A DNA stretch of 64,000 nucleotides from an uncultured candidatus Porisulfidus sp. (lineage in GTDB: Bacteria; Pseudomonadota; Gammaproteobacteria; Poriferisulfidales; Poriferisulfidaceae): the NCBI GenBank assembly GCA_958431155.1, contig OY288106.1, forward strand, positions 717,161 through 781,160. The letters run 5' to 3'. Of this stretch, positions 53,039 to 64,000 are shown piece after piece. The notes under the pieces were generated by a model. It made no database searches. It saw nothing but the letters and a program-made list of their open reading frames with translations, and was not told the DNA's origin. The translations under genes were made by a program, and so were the position numbers. Every line of letters starts with the position of its first letter. The stretch's first letter is position 1.

Positions 53039-53152
53039 TTAGCCCTGCCGCTGCTTGTGGCGGGGAATCTTGCAAATCACCCGAACGACGCCATTGCGCC
53101 GTACGATCTTGCAGTGACGGCAAATTCGTTTGACGGAAGCCTGAACTTTCAT
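53039..53152 (-). CDS. rpmJ: 50S ribosomal protein L36
   Basis: [37 protein letters not shown], 37 aa. Below the ORF-track length cutoff. Confidence 0.9.
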   Translation of the reverse strand: MKVQASVKRICRHCKIVRRNGVVRVICKIPRHKQRQG

Positions 53153-53164
53153 GGGATCCTCCTC

Positions 53165-54475
53165 TTATCGCAGGAGACTGCGGGAGCGCATGCCCCGCGC
53201 CTCGGCTTTCTTCAACAGTCCTTCGTACTGATGCGACATCAGGTGTGTCTGCAACTGGGCAATGAAATCCATCACCACCACCACGATGATCAGCAGCGAA
53301 GTCCCGCCAAAATAAAACGGGACGCTCAGGCCCAGAATCAGAAACTCGGGCAACAGGCACACGAACACGATGTACATCGCGCCGACCGCGGTCAGGCGAG
53401 TCATCACGGTATCGATGTAACGGGCCGTCTGCGCGCCCGGGCGGATGCCCGGGATGAATGCGCCGGAGCGTTTCAGGTTGTCGGCGGTATCCTTGGAATC
53501 GTACACCAGCGCGGTATAGAAGAAACAGAAGAACGCGATGGCGAGCGCGTAGAACAGCACGTACAGCGGCTGCCCCGGCGCCAGGGTGGACGAAATGTCG
53601 CGCAACCAGCCCATGCCTTCGGTCGAACCCGCCCACTGTCCGAATGTGGCCGGGAACAGGATGATGCTGGAAGCGAAAATCGGGGGAATGACGCCGGCCA
53701 TGTTGAGCTTGAACGGCAGGTGCGTCGATTGCATGGCGACGTTCCGGCCCTGCTGCTGCCGGGCGTAGTTGACCGTGATGCGACGCTGCCCGCGCTCGAC
53801 GAACACGACGAATGCGGTGATGGCGAGCACCAGGGCGAACAGGAACACCACCAGCGCGGACGACAACTCGCCGGTGCTGGCCAGCTCCAGGGTGCCGCCG
53901 ACTGCGGTCGGCAAACCGGCGACGATGCTGGTGAAGATGATCAGTGAGATTCCATTGCCGATACCGCGTTCCGTGATCTGCTCGCCGAGCCACATCAGGA
54001 ACATGGTGCCGGTCACCAGGGTGATGATGGCGGTGACCACGAAGCCGTAGCCGGTGTAAAGCGCAATGCCTTGGCTTTGCAGCGCCACCGACACGCCGCC
54101 GGCCTGAAACGTCGCCAGGGCCAGGGTGCCGTAGCGCGTGTACTGGGTAATCTGGCGCCGCCCCTGCTCTCCTTCCTTGCGCAGTTCCTTGAGGCTGGGG
54201 ATCACGGCCGTCATCAACTGCATGATGATCGCGGACGAGATGTACGGCATGATGCCGAGCGCCAGGATGCTGAGGCGCTCCAGCGCGCCGCCCGAGAACA
54301 TGTTGAACAGGTCGATGATGGTCCCGCTTTGCTGTTCGAAGAAGCGGGCCAATGCGTTGGGGTCCACGCCAGGCACCGGGATGTAGGTGCCGATGCGGTA
54401 CACGATCAGCGCACCCACCACGAACAGGAGGCGCTGGCGCAACTCGGCGAACGGCGAGGCCTTGGGCGGTGCCAT
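53165..54475 (-). CDS. secY: protein translocase subunit SecY
   Basis: 436 aa, 10 TM. Confidence 0.95.
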   Translation of the reverse strand: MAPPKASPFAELRQRLLFVVGALIVYRIGTYIPVPGVDPNALARFFEQQSGTIIDLFNMFSGGALERLSILALGIMPYISSAIIMQLMTAVIPSLKELRKEGEQGRRQITQYTRYGTLALATFQAGGVSVALQSQGIALYTGYGFVVTAIITLVTGTMFLMWLGEQITERGIGNGISLIIFTSIVAGLPTAVGGTLELASTGELSSALVVFLFALVLAITAFVVFVERGQRRITVNYARQQQGRNVAMQSTHLPFKLNMAGVIPPIFASSIILFPATFGQWAGSTEGMGWLRDISSTLAPGQPLYVLFYALAIAFFCFFYTALVYDSKDTADNLKRSGAFIPGIRPGAQTARYIDTVMTRLTAVGAMYIVFVCLLPEFLILGLSVPFYFGGTSLLIIVVVVMDFIAQLQTHLMSHQYEGLLKKAEARGMRSRSLLR

Positions 54476-54478
54476 GGT

Positions 54479-54910
54479 TTATTCCTGGATCTCTCCGCCG
54501 GCGGCCTCGATGGCCGCGCGCGCGCCACGGGTCACGGCGACCCCCTGCACGGTATAGGCCCGGGTCAACTCGCCGCGCAACATGATCTTCGCACGCGTCG
54601 CATAGTTCGGCACCAGCTCGGCGGCACGCAGAGAATCCAAGGTTACGGTCGGATCTTCCAGGCTCTCCAGACGACCGGTGCCGACCTCGGCACACGGCGG
54701 ACGATGCGAACGGAAGCCAGATTTCGGCAACCGGCGCTGCAGAGGCATCTGCCCCCCTTCGAAACCGATCTTGTGGTAGCCTCCGGAGCGCGACTTCTGG
54801 CCCTTGTGGCCCCGGCCCGCGGTCTTGCCGGTGCCGCTGCCGATGCCACGCCCTACCCGCTTGCGCGGGCGGCGGCTGCCGGGCGGCGGCGTCAGGGTAT
54901 TGAGGCGCAT
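54479..54910 (-). CDS. rplO: 50S ribosomal protein L15
   Basis: 143 aa. Confidence 0.93.
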   Translation of the reverse strand: MRLNTLTPPPGSRRPRKRVGRGIGSGTGKTAGRGHKGQKSRSGGYHKIGFEGGQMPLQRRLPKSGFRSHRPPCAEVGTGRLESLEDPTVTLDSLRAAELVPNYATRAKIMLRGELTRAYTVQGVAVTRGARAAIEAAGGEIQE

Positions 54911-55092
54911 CAGTTCTCCTCCACTTTCAGCAGGTAGTCCACCTCGTTCACCATGCCGCGGTTCTGCGGCGTGTCCTGCACCTCGACGGTCTGGTGCAAA
55001 CGGCGCAGACCCAGGCCGCGTACGCAGGCCCGGTGCTTCGGCAAGCGCCCGATCAGGCTCTTCACCAAGGTGACTTTCAGGCTTTTCGCCAT
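54910..55092 (-). CDS. rpmD: 50S ribosomal protein L30
   Basis: [22 protein letters not shown]... The internal ATG at 55092 is the real start; TGATG overlap with rplO. Confidence 0.88.
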   Translation of the reverse strand: MAKSLKVTLVKSLIGRLPKHRACVRGLGLRRLHQTVEVQDTPQNRGMVNEVDYLLKVEEN

Positions 55093-55607
55093 TGCATGCG
55101 CTCCTTCATTTCGGAGGCTGGCTTGCCGAGCTTCTCGGCCACCTGCTCCGGCGACTGGATGGATTGCAACCCCTTGAGGGTGGCGTAGACGGTGTTGATC
55201 GGATTGCGCGAACCGATGCATTTGGCGAGTACGTTGTGCACGCCCAGCACCTCGAACACGGCACGCATGGGTCCACCGGCAATGATCCCGGTTCCCTCGG
55301 AGGCGGGCTGCATATAGACCCTCGCCGCTCCGTGTACGCCGGTAATCGGGTAGTACAGGGTGCCATCGCGAAGCGGTACTGTAATCATGGACCGCCGTGC
55401 CTTCTCCATGCTCTTCTGGATAGCCAGCGGCACCTCGCGCGCCTTGCCGTAGCCGACTCCGACGCGGCCGTTGCGGTCGCCGACCACGGTCAGCGCGGTA
55501 AAGCCGAATTGCCGGCCGCCCTTGACGACCTTGGCCACGCGGTTGACCGCGACCATCTTCTCGACCAGTTCTTCGCTGCCTTGCAGGACTTCAAGATTCG
55601 TCGCCAT
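55077..55607 (-). CDS. rpsE: 30S ribosomal protein S5
   Basis: 176 aa. The C-terminus overlaps rpmD by 16 nt. Confidence 0.9.
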   Translation of the reverse strand: MATNLEVLQGSEELVEKMVAVNRVAKVVKGGRQFGFTALTVVGDRNGRVGVGYGKAREVPLAIQKSMEKARRSMITVPLRDGTLYYPITGVHGAARVYMQPASEGTGIIAGGPMRAVFEVLGVHNVLAKCIGSRNPINTVYATLKGLQSIQSPEQVAEKLGKPASEMKERMQWRKA

Positions 55608-55617
55608 TCTCGTCTCC

Positions 55618-55974
55618 TTAGAACTTGAGCCCCGCTTCCCGCGCAGCTTCCGCCAGCGCGCGCACGCGACCGTGATACCGGAACCGCCCGCGGTCGAACC
55701 AGACCGCTTCCACTTTCGCTTTGAGCGCCCGTTCCGCCAGTATGCGCCCGACCTGTTCGGCCGCCGCGCAATTGCCGGTTGTCTTGAGTTCCTTGCGCAG
55801 GTCCGGGGTCAGGGTCGAGGCCTGGGCGATCACCTGGGCGCCGTCCGGACTGAGCACCTGGGCGTACACGTGCCGCAGCGTGCGGTGCACGGTCAGCCGA
55901 TGCCGATCGGAGTCCTGCAGCCGGGTGCGGACCCGGCGGATGCGCCGGCGGCGGGTCGGGTCGGTCTGACTCAT
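55618..55974 (-). CDS. rplR: 50S ribosomal protein L18
   Basis: 118 aa. Confidence 0.93.
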   Translation of the reverse strand: MSQTDPTRRRRIRRVRTRLQDSDRHRLTVHRTLRHVYAQVLSPDGAQVIAQASTLTPDLRKELKTTGNCAAAEQVGRILAERALKAKVEAVWFDRGRFRYHGRVRALAEAAREAGLKF

Positions 55975-56495
55975 TTCTTCTTCGCCTCCTTGCGCAACAC
56001 CCGCTCGTCGCTGTAGCGCACGCCCTTGCCCTTGTACGGCTCCGGCGGCCGGTACGCGCGGATCTCCGCCGCCGCCTGGCCGACCTTTTGCTTGTCGATC
56101 CCGGACACCACCACCTCAGTCTGGCTGGGGGTCTCCAAGGTCACGCCTTCGGGCGCGGTATAGTCGATCGGGTGCGAGAAGCCAAGGTTCAGGTTCAGGG
56201 CCTTGCCGCGCATCTGCGCCCGGTAGCCGACGCCGACCAGTTCCAGCTTCTTCGAGTAGCCCTCCTGGACCCCCTTGATGTTGTTCACGAGCAGGGAATT
56301 CATCGTTCCCGCCAGCGCGGACGCCTGCGGCGGCGCATCGAAGTACACCACGCGGTCCTCTTCGCGCACGCTGACCGGTTCCGCCAGCTGCAGCGACAGT
56401 TCACCCTTGGGGCCCTTGACCGTCACCTGCTGGCCGTCGAGAGAGAACTCGACCTTGTCCGGCAGCGGGATGGGGCGGCTTGCAATTCGCGACAT
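55971..56495 (-). CDS. rplF: 50S ribosomal protein L6
   Basis: 174 aa. Confidence 0.93.
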   Translation of the reverse strand: MSRIASRPIPLPDKVEFSLDGQQVTVKGPKGELSLQLAEPVSVREEDRVVYFDAPPQASALAGTMNSLLVNNIKGVQEGYSKKLELVGVGYRAQMRGKALNLNLGFSHPIDYTAPEGVTLETPSQTEVVVSGIDKQKVGQAAAEIRAYRPPEPYKGKGVRYSDERVLRKEAKKK

Positions 56496-56498
56496 CGC

Positions 56499-56894
56499 TT
56501 ACTCCACGGTGCAAAGGATCTCGCCGCCATGGCCGCCCTTTCGGGCCGCATGATCGGTCATAACGCCGTGCGAAGTCGACACGACCGCGATGCCCAGGCC
56601 TCCCCGAACCCACGGCAGGTCGTCTGCAGCACGGTAGACGCGAAGCCCAGGCCGGCTCACCCGGCGCAGGCGGTTGATCACCGGCTTGTCTTCGTGATAC
56701 TTCAGGGTGATCCGCAACTGGTTGCAGGGCTGGCCCTCCTCGACTTCGTAGCCGATGAGATAACCCTCGTCGCGCAGCACCCGGACGACCGACTCGCGGT
56801 GCTTCGAATAGTTCATTTCCACCGTCTCGTGCCGCGCCTGCTGGGCATTGCGGATGCGGGTCAGCATATCGGCGATCGGATCTTGCATGCTCAT
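56499..56894 (-). CDS. rpsH: 30S ribosomal protein S8
   Basis: 131 aa. Confidence 0.95.
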   Translation of the reverse strand: MSMQDPIADMLTRIRNAQQARHETVEMNYSKHRESVVRVLRDEGYLIGYEVEEGQPCNQLRITLKYHEDKPVINRLRRVSRPGLRVYRAADDLPWVRGGLGIAVVSTSHGVMTDHAARKGGHGGEILCTVE

Positions 56895-56904
56895 GGCGTC
56901 GTCC

Positions 56905-57210
56905 TCACCAGCTGGACTTGGTCAGTCCCGGAATGTCGCCGCGCATGGCCGCTTCGCGCAGCTTGTTGCGGCCCAAGCCGAAGCGCCGGTAATACCCGCG
57001 CGGACGGCCGGTGATGCTGCACCGGTTGCGCAGGCGCATCGGCGAGGCGTCGCGCGGCATCTTTTGCAGCGTGTCCTGGGCTGCCATGCGCTGTTCCAAC
57101 GTGCTGCTCGGGTCCTTGATGACGGCGCGCGCAGCCGCGCGGCGCTTGGCATAGCAACGCACCAGGCGCTGACGCTTAAGGTCTCTCTGAACCATGCTGA
57201 CTTTGGCCAT
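56905..57210 (-). CDS. rpsN: 30S ribosomal protein S14
   Basis: 101 aa. Confidence 0.93.
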   Translation of the reverse strand: MAKVSMVQRDLKRQRLVRCYAKRRAAARAVIKDPSSTLEQRMAAQDTLQKMPRDASPMRLRNRCSITGRPRGYYRRFGLGRNKLREAAMRGDIPGLTKSSW

Positions 57211-57213
57211 GCT

Positions 57214-57753
57214 TCAACTCCGAAGGGGAAATTTGAACGCGCGCAGCAGCGCCTCGGCGTGGGCGTCGTCGCGGGCATTGGTGGTAATGGTCACATCCAG
57301 TCCTCGCATCTGGTCAATGTTGTCGTAGTCGATCTCGGGGAAGACGATCTGCTCGGGGATGCCCATGCTGTAGTTTCCGCGTCCGTCGAAGGAACGCAGC
57401 GGCAATCCGCGGAAATCGCGCATCCGGGGGATCACGATGTTGATCAGCCGGTCCAGAAACTCGTACATCAGGGTCCGGCGCAGGGTCACCCGGCAACCGA
57501 CCGGCCAGCCATCGCGGATGGCGAATCCGGCCACCGACTTACGTGCCCGGGTCACCACCGGTTTCTGGCTGGTGATGCGCTCGAGGTCGTTCAGCGCGTT
57601 CTGGATGATCTTCTTGTCGCGCGCGCTCGCGCCGAGTCCCATGTTCAGCGTGATCTTCTCAAGCCGAGGCACAGCCATCGGGCTGCTCACCTTGAGCTCC
57701 TTCTGCAGCTGGGGCAGGATCTCTTCCTGGTACTGTTGTTTCAGACGGGCCAT
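57214..57753 (-). CDS. rplE: 50S ribosomal protein L5
   Basis: 179 aa. Confidence 0.95.
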   Translation of the reverse strand: MARLKQQYQEEILPQLQKELKVSSPMAVPRLEKITLNMGLGASARDKKIIQNALNDLERITSQKPVVTRARKSVAGFAIRDGWPVGCRVTLRRTLMYEFLDRLINIVIPRMRDFRGLPLRSFDGRGNYSMGIPEQIVFPEIDYDNIDQMRGLDVTITTNARDDAHAEALLRAFKFPLRS

Positions 57754-57760
57754 GGCAACC

Positions 57761-58078
57761 TCAGATGTCGATGACTTCCTGGTTGGACTTGAAGAAGCGG
57801 ACCTTGCGGCCGTCCTCCAGGGTGCGGAAGCCGACCCGGTCCGGGCTCTGGGTCGTCGGGTTGTAGATCTGCACGTTGGAGAGGTCCAGCGGTGCCTCGC
57901 GTTCGACGATGCCGCCCTGCAGGCCAGCCTGCGGGTTCGGCTTGGTGTGCTTCTTCACCAGGTTCAGCCCTTCCACGACCACCCGCCTGTCCGGCAGCAT
58001 GCGCAGCACCGTGCCCTGCCGGCCACGGTCCCTGCCGGCCATGATCACCACCGTATCGCCCTTGCGGATTTTGTTCAT
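57761..58078 (-). CDS. rplX: 50S ribosomal protein L24
   Basis: 105 aa. Confidence 0.93.
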   Translation of the reverse strand: MNKIRKGDTVVIMAGRDRGRQGTVLRMLPDRRVVVEGLNLVKKHTKPNPQAGLQGGIVEREAPLDLSNVQIYNPTTQSPDRVGFRTLEDGRKVRFFKSNQEVIDI

Positions 58079-58085
58079 GGCCGCC

Positions 58086-58454
58086 TCACAGCACCTCCGG
58101 CGCCAGGGAGATGATCTTCATGAACCTCTCCGAACGCAACTCCCGAGTCACCGGACCGAACACGCGCGTGCCGATCGGCTGCATCTGGTTGTTAAGCAGT
58201 ACAGCGGCATTGCGGTCGAAGCGGATCAGCGAACCGTCGCCACGGCGGACGCCGTGCGCCGTGCGCACCACCACCGCGTTGAGCACCTCGCCCTTGCGCA
58301 CCTTGCCGCGCGGGATCGCGTCCTTGACGCTGACCTTGATCACGTCGCCGATGCGTGCATAGCGCCGGCGGGACCCGCCGAGCACCTTGATGCACTGCAC
58401 CTTGCGCGCGCCGCTGTTGTCGGCCGCGTCCAGCATGGTCTCGACCTGGATCAC
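58086..58454 (-). CDS. rplN: 50S ribosomal protein L14
   Basis: GTG start (VIQVETM...) overlapping the rpsQ stop as GTGA. The ORF-track N-terminal extension is rejected. Confidence 0.9.
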   Translation of the reverse strand: MIQVETMLDAADNSGARKVQCIKVLGGSRRRYARIGDVIKVSVKDAIPRGKVRKGEVLNAVVVRTAHGVRRGDGSLIRFDRNAAVLLNNQMQPIGTRVFGPVTRELRSERFMKIISLAPEVL

Positions 58455-58714
58455 GAACTTCCCTCCGTCGCCACCTTGAGGACTTCGACCAGCTCCCAGG
58501 CCTTGTGCCGGGAGTGCGGGCGGCATTCGCGAATCCGCACCTGGTCGCCAATGTGGGCCTGGTTCTCCTCGTCGTGCACCAGGACCTTGGTCGACCGGCG
58601 AATGTACTTGCCGTACAAGGGGTGGCGGATCTGGCGCACCACCTTGACGGAGGCAGTCTTGTCCATGCGGTCGCTGACCACCTGGCCGATCACGGAGCGG
58701 ATCTTCTCGCTCAT
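58451..58714 (-). CDS. rpsQ: 30S ribosomal protein S17
   Basis: 87 aa. Confidence 0.93.
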   Translation of the reverse strand: MSEKIRSVIGQVVSDRMDKTASVKVVRQIRHPLYGKYIRRSTKVLVHDEENQAHIGDQVRIRECRPHSRHKAWELVEVLKVATEGSS

Positions 58715-58911
58715 TCCTTTTCCCCCTGCCGACGTTCCGTCAACAATGTCTTGACCCGGGCGATGTCGCGACGCGTCTCCCGAATGGTGTGGTTGCGCGC
58801 CAGCTGGCCGGTGCGCAGCTGCATCCGCATCTCGAACTCGCTGCGCCGTAGACGCAGCAGTTCGTCACGCAGTTCCGCGTCGTCTTTCGCGCGCAGGACC
58901 GGCATGTCCAT
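58711..58911 (-). CDS. rpmC: 50S ribosomal protein L29
   Basis: 66 aa. Confidence 0.9.
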   Translation of the reverse strand: MDMPVLRAKDDAELRDELLRLRRSEFEMRMQLRTGQLARNHTIRETRRDIARVKTLLTERRQGEKE

Positions 58912-59324
58912 CAGGCGAGTGTCCGATGCGCGAAGGTGGTCTGGACCGGCAACTTGGCAGCAGCGCGGCGAAATGCCTCGCGCGCCATCTCCTCCTGGAC
59001 GCCTTCAATTTCGTAGAGCATGCGGCCCGGCTGGATCTTGGCCACCCAGTACTCGACATTGCCCTTGCCCTTGCCCTGGCGCGACTCCAGCGGCTTCTTG
59101 GTCACCGGGACGTCCGGAAACACACGGATCCAGATCTTGCCGCCGCGCCGGATATGGCGGGTCATGGCACGCCGCGCGGCCTCGATCTGGCGGGCAGTCA
59201 AGCGCCCGCCGGTGGTCGCCTTCAGACCGTACTCGCCAAAGCTGACCTTGTGCCCGCGCAGTGACAGGCCCCGGTTGCGGCCTTTCTGCTGCTTGCGGTA
59301 GCGGGTGCGCTTGGGTTGCATCAT
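58911..59324 (-). CDS. rplP: 50S ribosomal protein L16
   Basis: 137 aa. Confidence 0.95.
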   Translation of the reverse strand: MMQPKRTRYRKQQKGRNRGLSLRGHKVSFGEYGLKATTGGRLTARQIEAARRAMTRHIRRGGKIWIRVFPDVPVTKKPLESRQGKGKGNVEYWVAKIQPGRMLYEIEGVQEEMAREAFRRAAAKLPVQTTFAHRTLA

Positions 59325-59338
59325 GACAGCGGTCTCGG

Positions 59339-59998
59339 TTACTTGCCGGTCGAGCCGTCCGGCCCGCCGATCTCGCCGTTGAAGATCCAGGCCTTAACGC
59401 CAATGGTGCCGTAGGTGGTGTGTGCCTCGGCGAATCCGTAGTCAATGTCCGCACGCAGGGTATGTAGCGGGACTCGGCCCTCGCGGCACCATTCGCTGCG
59501 CGCGATCTCGGCGCCGTTGAGGCGCCCGGCCACGTTCAGCTTGATCCCCTGGACGCCGAGCCGCATGGCATTCTGCACGGCCCGCTTCATGGCGCGCCGG
59601 TACATGATGCGCCCTTCCAGCTGCTGGGCGACACTTTCGGCCACCAGGTGGGCGTCCACTTCCGGGTTGTGGATCTCGTCGATATTGATCTTGACCGTGC
59701 CGAGGGCCAGGCCCATCATCTGCGCGACTTCGCGGCGCAGGTTCTCGATGTCGCTGCCCTTCTTGCCGATCACGATGCCGGGGCGAGCCGTGTGGATGGT
59801 GATCTCGGCCGTGTCGTTGCGCCGCTCGATCTGGATGTGGCTCACCGACGCCTGTGCCAGCTTGCGGCGCAGGAAATCGCGGACGATAAGATCGTTGTTG
59901 AGCTGGTCCCGGTACTCGCCACGCTCCGCGTACCAGTTCGAGTTCCAGTCGGTCATGATGCCGAGGCGGAATCCGATCGGATTGACTTTCTGTCCCAT
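59339..59998 (-). CDS. rpsC: 30S ribosomal protein S3
   Basis: 219 aa. Confidence 0.95.
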   Translation of the reverse strand: MGQKVNPIGFRLGIMTDWNSNWYAERGEYRDQLNNDLIVRDFLRRKLAQASVSHIQIERRNDTAEITIHTARPGIVIGKKGSDIENLRREVAQMMGLALGTVKINIDEIHNPEVDAHLVAESVAQQLEGRIMYRRAMKRAVQNAMRLGVQGIKLNVAGRLNGAEIARSEWCREGRVPLHTLRADIDYGFAEAHTTYGTIGVKAWIFNGEIGGPDGSTGK

Positions 59999-60002
59999 GG
60001 CG

Positions 60003-60344
60003 TTATTCCTCCGCGTCGCTCAGCACGACCGTGATGTGGCTGGTGCGCTTGAGGATCCTCCCGACCCGGCCCCGTGCGCGCGGGCGGAAGCGCTTGAACA
60101 CTGGCCCCTCGTCGACCATTACGCGGCGTACCCGCAACAGGTCGATGTCCGCGCCGTGGTTGTGCTCCGCATTGGCCAGCGCCGATTCCATGGTCTTGCG
60201 CATCAGTTGTGCCGCCTTGTGCGGCGAGAAGCGCAGAATCTCCAGTGCCTCCCCGACCGGCAGGCTGCGCACCTGGTTGGCCACCAGCCGGCATTTACGC
60301 GGGCTGATGCGCTGGTAGCGGGAGATGCAGCGCGTTTCCATCAT
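60003..60344 (-). CDS. rplV: 50S ribosomal protein L22
   Basis: 113 aa. Confidence 0.95.
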   Translation of the reverse strand: MMETRCISRYQRISPRKCRLVANQVRSLPVGEALEILRFSPHKAAQLMRKTMESALANAEHNHGADIDLLRVRRVMVDEGPVFKRFRPRARGRVGRILKRTSHITVVLSDAEE

Positions 60345-60616
60345 ACCTTCGCCTTGCGGTCGCCTGCATGCTGCCGGAACGTGCGCGTCAGAGCGAACTC
60401 GCCGAGCTTGTGTCCCACCATGTTCTCGTTGACCAGCACCGGGATATGTCGGCGGCCGTCGTACACGGCCAGCGTGAGCCCGACCATCTCCGGCACGATC
60501 ATGGAGCGCCGCGACCAGGTCTTAATCTGGCGGCGGTCGTTGTTCTTGGCGGCCTCGAGCACCTTGGCCATCAGGTGATGGTCAACGAACGGGCCTTTCT
60601 TCAGTGAACGTGACAT
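60341..60616 (-). CDS. rpsS: 30S ribosomal protein S19
   Basis: Internal ATG ([12 protein letters not shown]...) at 60616. The upstream extension in the ORF track overlaps rplB and is rejected. Confidence 0.9.
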   Translation of the reverse strand: MSRSLKKGPFVDHHLMAKVLEAAKNNDRRQIKTWSRRSMIVPEMVGLTLAVYDGRRHIPVLVNENMVGHKLGEFALTRTFRQHAGDRKAKV

Positions 60617-60620
60617 GGGG

Positions 60621-61454
60621 TTACCGTTGCTTCTTGCGTCTGCGGCGGACAATCAGGTAGCTGGTCCGCTTGTTGTGGCGGGTCTTGTGCCCCTTGGTCG
60701 GCACGCCCCAGGGCGTGACCGGATGGCGACCGCCGGAAGTCTTGCCCTCGCCCCCGCCGTGCGGGTGGTCGACCGGGTTCATGGCCACGCCACGCACCGT
60801 CGGGCGCACTCCGCGCCAGCGCTTTGCGCCGGCCTTGCCGAGCTTGGCCAGGGAATGTTCAGAATTGCCTACTTCGCCGATCACCGCGCGGCACTCGCTC
60901 AGCACCTTGCGCACCTCGCCGGAGCGCAGCCGCAGCGTGGCGTAGGAGCCCTCGCGGGCCAGCAGTTGCACGTAGGCGCCCGCGCTGCGCGCCAGGCGCG
61001 CACCGCCTCCGGGACGCAGTTCCACGCCGTGCACCACGATACCGACCGGCATGTTCCGCAGGGGCAGGCAGTTGCCCGGTGAGATCGGCGCCTTGTCGCC
61101 GGAGATCACTTCCATCCCCGCCTTCAGGCCCTCGGCGGCAACGATGTAGCGCCGTTCCCCGTCCGCATACAGCAGCAGGGCGATGTGCGCGCTGCGGTTC
61201 GGGTCGTATTCGATTCGTTCCACCCGGGCCGGGATGTCGTCCTTGTTCCGGCGGAAGTCGATAGTCCGGTAAAGCTGCTTGTGGCCCCCGCCGATGTGCC
61301 GGGTGGTGATGCGCCCCTGGTTGTTGCGCCCTCCCGTCTTCGACTGGCCCTGGACCAGGGCACGATGCGGCCGTCCGCGGTGCAGGTCCGGCGTGCGAAC
61401 GCTGGCGCGGAAGCGGCGACCGGGAGAGGTCGGGCGAGCCTTGACGACGGTCAT
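60621..61454 (-). CDS. rplB: 50S ribosomal protein L2
   Basis: 277 aa. Confidence 0.95.
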   Translation of the reverse strand: MTVVKARPTSPGRRFRASVRTPDLHRGRPHRALVQGQSKTGGRNNQGRITTRHIGGGHKQLYRTIDFRRNKDDIPARVERIEYDPNRSAHIALLLYADGERRYIVAAEGLKAGMEVISGDKAPISPGNCLPLRNMPVGIVVHGVELRPGGGARLARSAGAYVQLLAREGSYATLRLRSGEVRKVLSECRAVIGEVGNSEHSLAKLGKAGAKRWRGVRPTVRGVAMNPVDHPHGGGEGKTSGGRHPVTPWGVPTKGHKTRHNKRTSYLIVRRRRKKQR

Positions 61455-61906
61455 GCGCCGATCTCCGTGCCTTCTAGGTTCTGGCCGGGGGCAAGCCGTA
61501 CATAGGCCTTGCTCCAGTCATTGCGGCGACCCTGGCGTTTGACCTTGCCGCGGACGTTGGTCATCCGCACGGCATCGACTTTCACGTCGAACATCTTCTC
61601 CACCGCGTACTTGACCTCGTTGCGGGTCGCGTCTTTCAGCACCTCGAAAACGTACTGTTCCTGTTCCGCCAGACGGACCGACTTCTCGGACATCCGCGTA
61701 CTCAGGATCACTTGGCTCAGGCGTTCCTCGCCGGGCTTCTTGACTTCGACCGGGGCCGGTTTGGGCGTGGCCGGAGCTGCTGCTGCCTTCTTCGCCGCAA
61801 CCGGCTTGGCTTCGGCTTCCGGTTTCTCGACCTTCTTGACTTCCTCGACCGGCGCGGCCTTCGGTTTGCCCTTCAGGAGGCCCTTGATCTTTCCGAACAT
61901 GCTCAT
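61451..61906 (-). CDS. rplW: 50S ribosomal protein L23 with a ~50-aa Lys/Ala/Pro-rich N-terminal extension
   Basis: The conserved uL23 core starts at EERLSQVIL. No alternative start codon lies near the core. The ATG at 61906 overlaps the rplD stop as ATGA. Confidence 0.8.
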   Translation of the reverse strand: MSMFGKIKGLLKGKPKAAPVEEVKKVEKPEAEAKPVAAKKAAAAPATPKPAPVEVKKPGEERLSQVILSTRMSEKSVRLAEQEQYVFEVLKDATRNEVKYAVEKMFDVKVDAVRMTNVRGKVKRQGRRNDWSKAYVRLAPGQNLEGTEIGA

Positions 61907-62526
61907 GATGCCGCACCTCCCAGACGTTGCTGCAGAAGGCTCAGCGCCGACCGGGTGATCAGCACATGCTCATAGCGCAACAGCGATACCGGGTCCACCG
62001 CATTCACCTCGCAGGCGTCGTAGTTCGGCAGGTTGCGCACGGCCAGGTGCACGTTCGACTCCATTCTCTCGATCAGGATCAACACACTGGTCAGACCGAG
62101 TCCTTCAAGCTTCTCGCGCGCCAAGCGGGTCTTCGGCTCCGGTAGTTCGAACGATTCCACGACATGCAGGCGTTCCTGACGCAGAAGTTCGGAGAAGATC
62201 GAACGCATTGCGTGGCGGTACATCTTCTTGTTCAATTTGGGGTTATACGTGCGGTTGCTGGCTGGATGCGTCACTCCCCCGCTACGCCAGATCGGTGAGC
62301 GGATGCTCCCGGCCCGCGCCCGCCCGGTGCCTTTCTGTCGCCAGGGCTTGGCCCCACCGCCGCGCACGGCGGCACGGTTCTTCTGCGCAGAGGTCCCCTG
62401 GCGGCCGCGCTGGGCGTAGGCCACCACCGCCTGGTGGATCAGTGCCTCGTGAAACGCCACGTCGAAGCATTCGTCTGCAACGGTTACGGCAGCCTGGGTA
62501 TCGCGGGTCTTCAGTTCCATGTCCAT
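61903..62526 (-). CDS. rplD: 50S ribosomal protein L4
   Basis: Start at MDMELKTRD; the longer track ORF overlaps rplC. Confidence 0.9.
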   Translation of the reverse strand: MDMELKTRDTQAAVTVADECFDVAFHEALIHQAVVAYAQRGRQGTSAQKNRAAVRGGGAKPWRQKGTGRARAGSIRSPIWRSGGVTHPASNRTYNPKLNKKMYRHAMRSIFSELLRQERLHVVESFELPEPKTRLAREKLEGLGLTSVLILIERMESNVHLAVRNLPNYDACEVNAVDPVSLLRYEHVLITRSALSLLQQRLGGAAS

Positions 62527-62530
62527 ACCC

Positions 62531-63160
62531 TCACCGCGCCGGACGGACGACGACCCGCCCGCCGGTGGCACCTGGAACGGCACCGCGAATCCACAGCAGT
62601 TGCTCTTCGCTACTGACCTGGACCACTTCCAAGTTGCGCTGGGTGACCTGCTTGCCGCCCATGCGCCCGGGCATCTTCTTGCCCTTGAACACGCGCCCCG
62701 GGAACTGGCACTGCCCGGTCGCACCCATGACCCGGTGCGACAGCGAGTTGCCGTGCGACTGGTCCTGGCCGTGGAAATTGTGGCGCTTGATCGTACCGGC
62801 AAAGCCCTTGCCGATGGTGGTGCCGCTGACGTTGACTTTCTGGCCAGCCTCGAACAGGTCCGCGCCCACCTCGGCGCCGACCTCCGGGAGCTCCGCGTCC
62901 GCGTCGACCCTGAATTCCTTGAGGCCGCGGGCGGTCTCCAGCCCGGCCTGCTTGAGTTCGCCCGCCAACGGGCGGCGCATGCGCTTCGCCGGGCGGGTGC
63001 CGTAGCTCATCTGCACGGCCGAGTAGCCGTCCGATTCTCCGGTCTTGACGCGCACTACCCGGTTGGAATCGACGGCCACCAGTGTTACCGGCACGGACTC
63101 GCCGCTGTCGCGGAAGAGCCGCGTCATGCCGATCTTGGTTCCGATGATGCCGAGACTCAT
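62531..63160 (-). CDS. rplC: 50S ribosomal protein L3
   Basis: 209 aa. Confidence 0.95.
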   Translation of the reverse strand: MSLGIIGTKIGMTRLFRDSGESVPVTLVAVDSNRVVRVKTGESDGYSAVQMSYGTRPAKRMRRPLAGELKQAGLETARGLKEFRVDADAELPEVGAEVGADLFEAGQKVNVSGTTIGKGFAGTIKRHNFHGQDQSHGNSLSHRVMGATGQCQFPGRVFKGKKMPGRMGGKQVTQRNLEVVQVSSEEQLLWIRGAVPGATGGRVVVRPAR

Positions 63161-63172
63161 GACGCCGTTCCC

Positions 63173-63565
63173 TTACTTGAGCTGGACGTTAATGCCTGCG
63201 GGCAAATCCAGTTTCATCAACGCGTCCACTGTCTTCTCGGAAGGGTTGATGATGTCGATCATGCGCTTGTGGGTGCGGATCTCGTACTGGTCGCGCGCAT
63301 CCTTGTCGACGTGCGGGGAAATCAGCACGGTGAACAGTTCCCGGCGGGTCGGCAGCGGAATGGGGCCGTGCACCTGGGCACCGGTGCGCCGTGCCGTCTC
63401 GACAATCTCGCGCGCCGACTGGTCCACCAGCCGATGGTCGAAGGCCTTCAGCCGCAGCCGCAGGCTGCTGTAGCGGCCCTTGCCCTTCTTCGGTGCGGCC
63501 GCGACCGCCTCGGACACCGCAGTCTCCGGTTTCGGTTGGCGGGCTTTTTTCTTCGGTGCGGCCAT
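63173..63565 (-). CDS. rpsJ: 30S ribosomal protein S10 with a ~25-35-aa Lys/Ala/Pro-rich N-terminal extension
   Basis: The core [15 protein letters not shown]... is preceded by [34 protein letters not shown]. The only in-frame starts are the ATG at 63565 or a GTG at 63517. Confidence 0.8.
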   Translation of the reverse strand: MAAPKKKARQPKPETAVSEAVAAAPKKGKGRYSSLRLRLKAFDHRLVDQSAREIVETARRTGAQVHGPIPLPTRRELFTVLISPHVDKDARDQYEIRTHKRMIDIINPSEKTVDALMKLDLPAGINVQLK

Positions 63566-63604
63566 GATTCGGTTCGGTCTGCGGTTATTCGGAATGGATA
63601 GGCG

Positions 63605-64000
<396 letters not shown>

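Overview
The window is about 64 kb of a high-GC (roughly 63%) chromosome with the gene order and content of a gammaproteobacterium. Coding density is very high, and many adjacent genes are joined by ATGA/GTGA/TGATG start-stop overlaps.

Gene content in order:
- 3'-truncated ftsK (-), then trxB (+).
- A minus-strand envelope cluster: a MotA/ExbB-family 4-TM protein, a partner with a TolR/ExbD/MotB-like Asp transmembrane helix fused to a TolA-like coiled coil, then a GldA/GldF/GldG-like ABC transporter and a DUF4340 gene.
- A glyW-cysT-leuZ-type tRNA operon (Gly-GCC, Cys-GCA, Leu-UAA) directly upstream of that cluster. The tRNA-Leu(UAA) is interrupted by a 217-nt group I intron between U34 and A35.
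- A low-GC lipoprotein gene, then aceA-icd, a DUF1820-like gene, tRNA-Ser(GGA) and degP.
- The cell-wall cluster mrdA-rodA-mltB-rlpA-dacA, a class IV aminotransferase, lipB and lipA.
- A tiny hydrophobic ORF with its own promoter, then a ykgJ-like/metallophosphoesterase/cfa operon.
- rne with a long 5' leader, yhdP-maf, rsfS-nadD, and recJ.
- An H4MPT/methanofuran-type trio (DHPS-like, DUF447, MfnB/DUF556-like).
- lnt-corC-ybeY-ybeZ(phoH)-miaB, ssb, an MFS transporter, and uvrA.
- The contiguous alpha/spc/S10 ribosomal-protein operons (rplQ through rpsJ) and the 3' part of tuf.

No transposase, integrase, CRISPR or rRNA was seen.

The most unusual items are the intron-containing leuZ, the stator-like pair coupled to the ABC/GldG/DUF4340 cluster (with a near-perfect 159-bp tandem duplication in its coiled-coil gene), and the low-GC surface-lipoprotein islet. 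Long ORFs antisense to real genes in the ORF track are high-GC artefacts.
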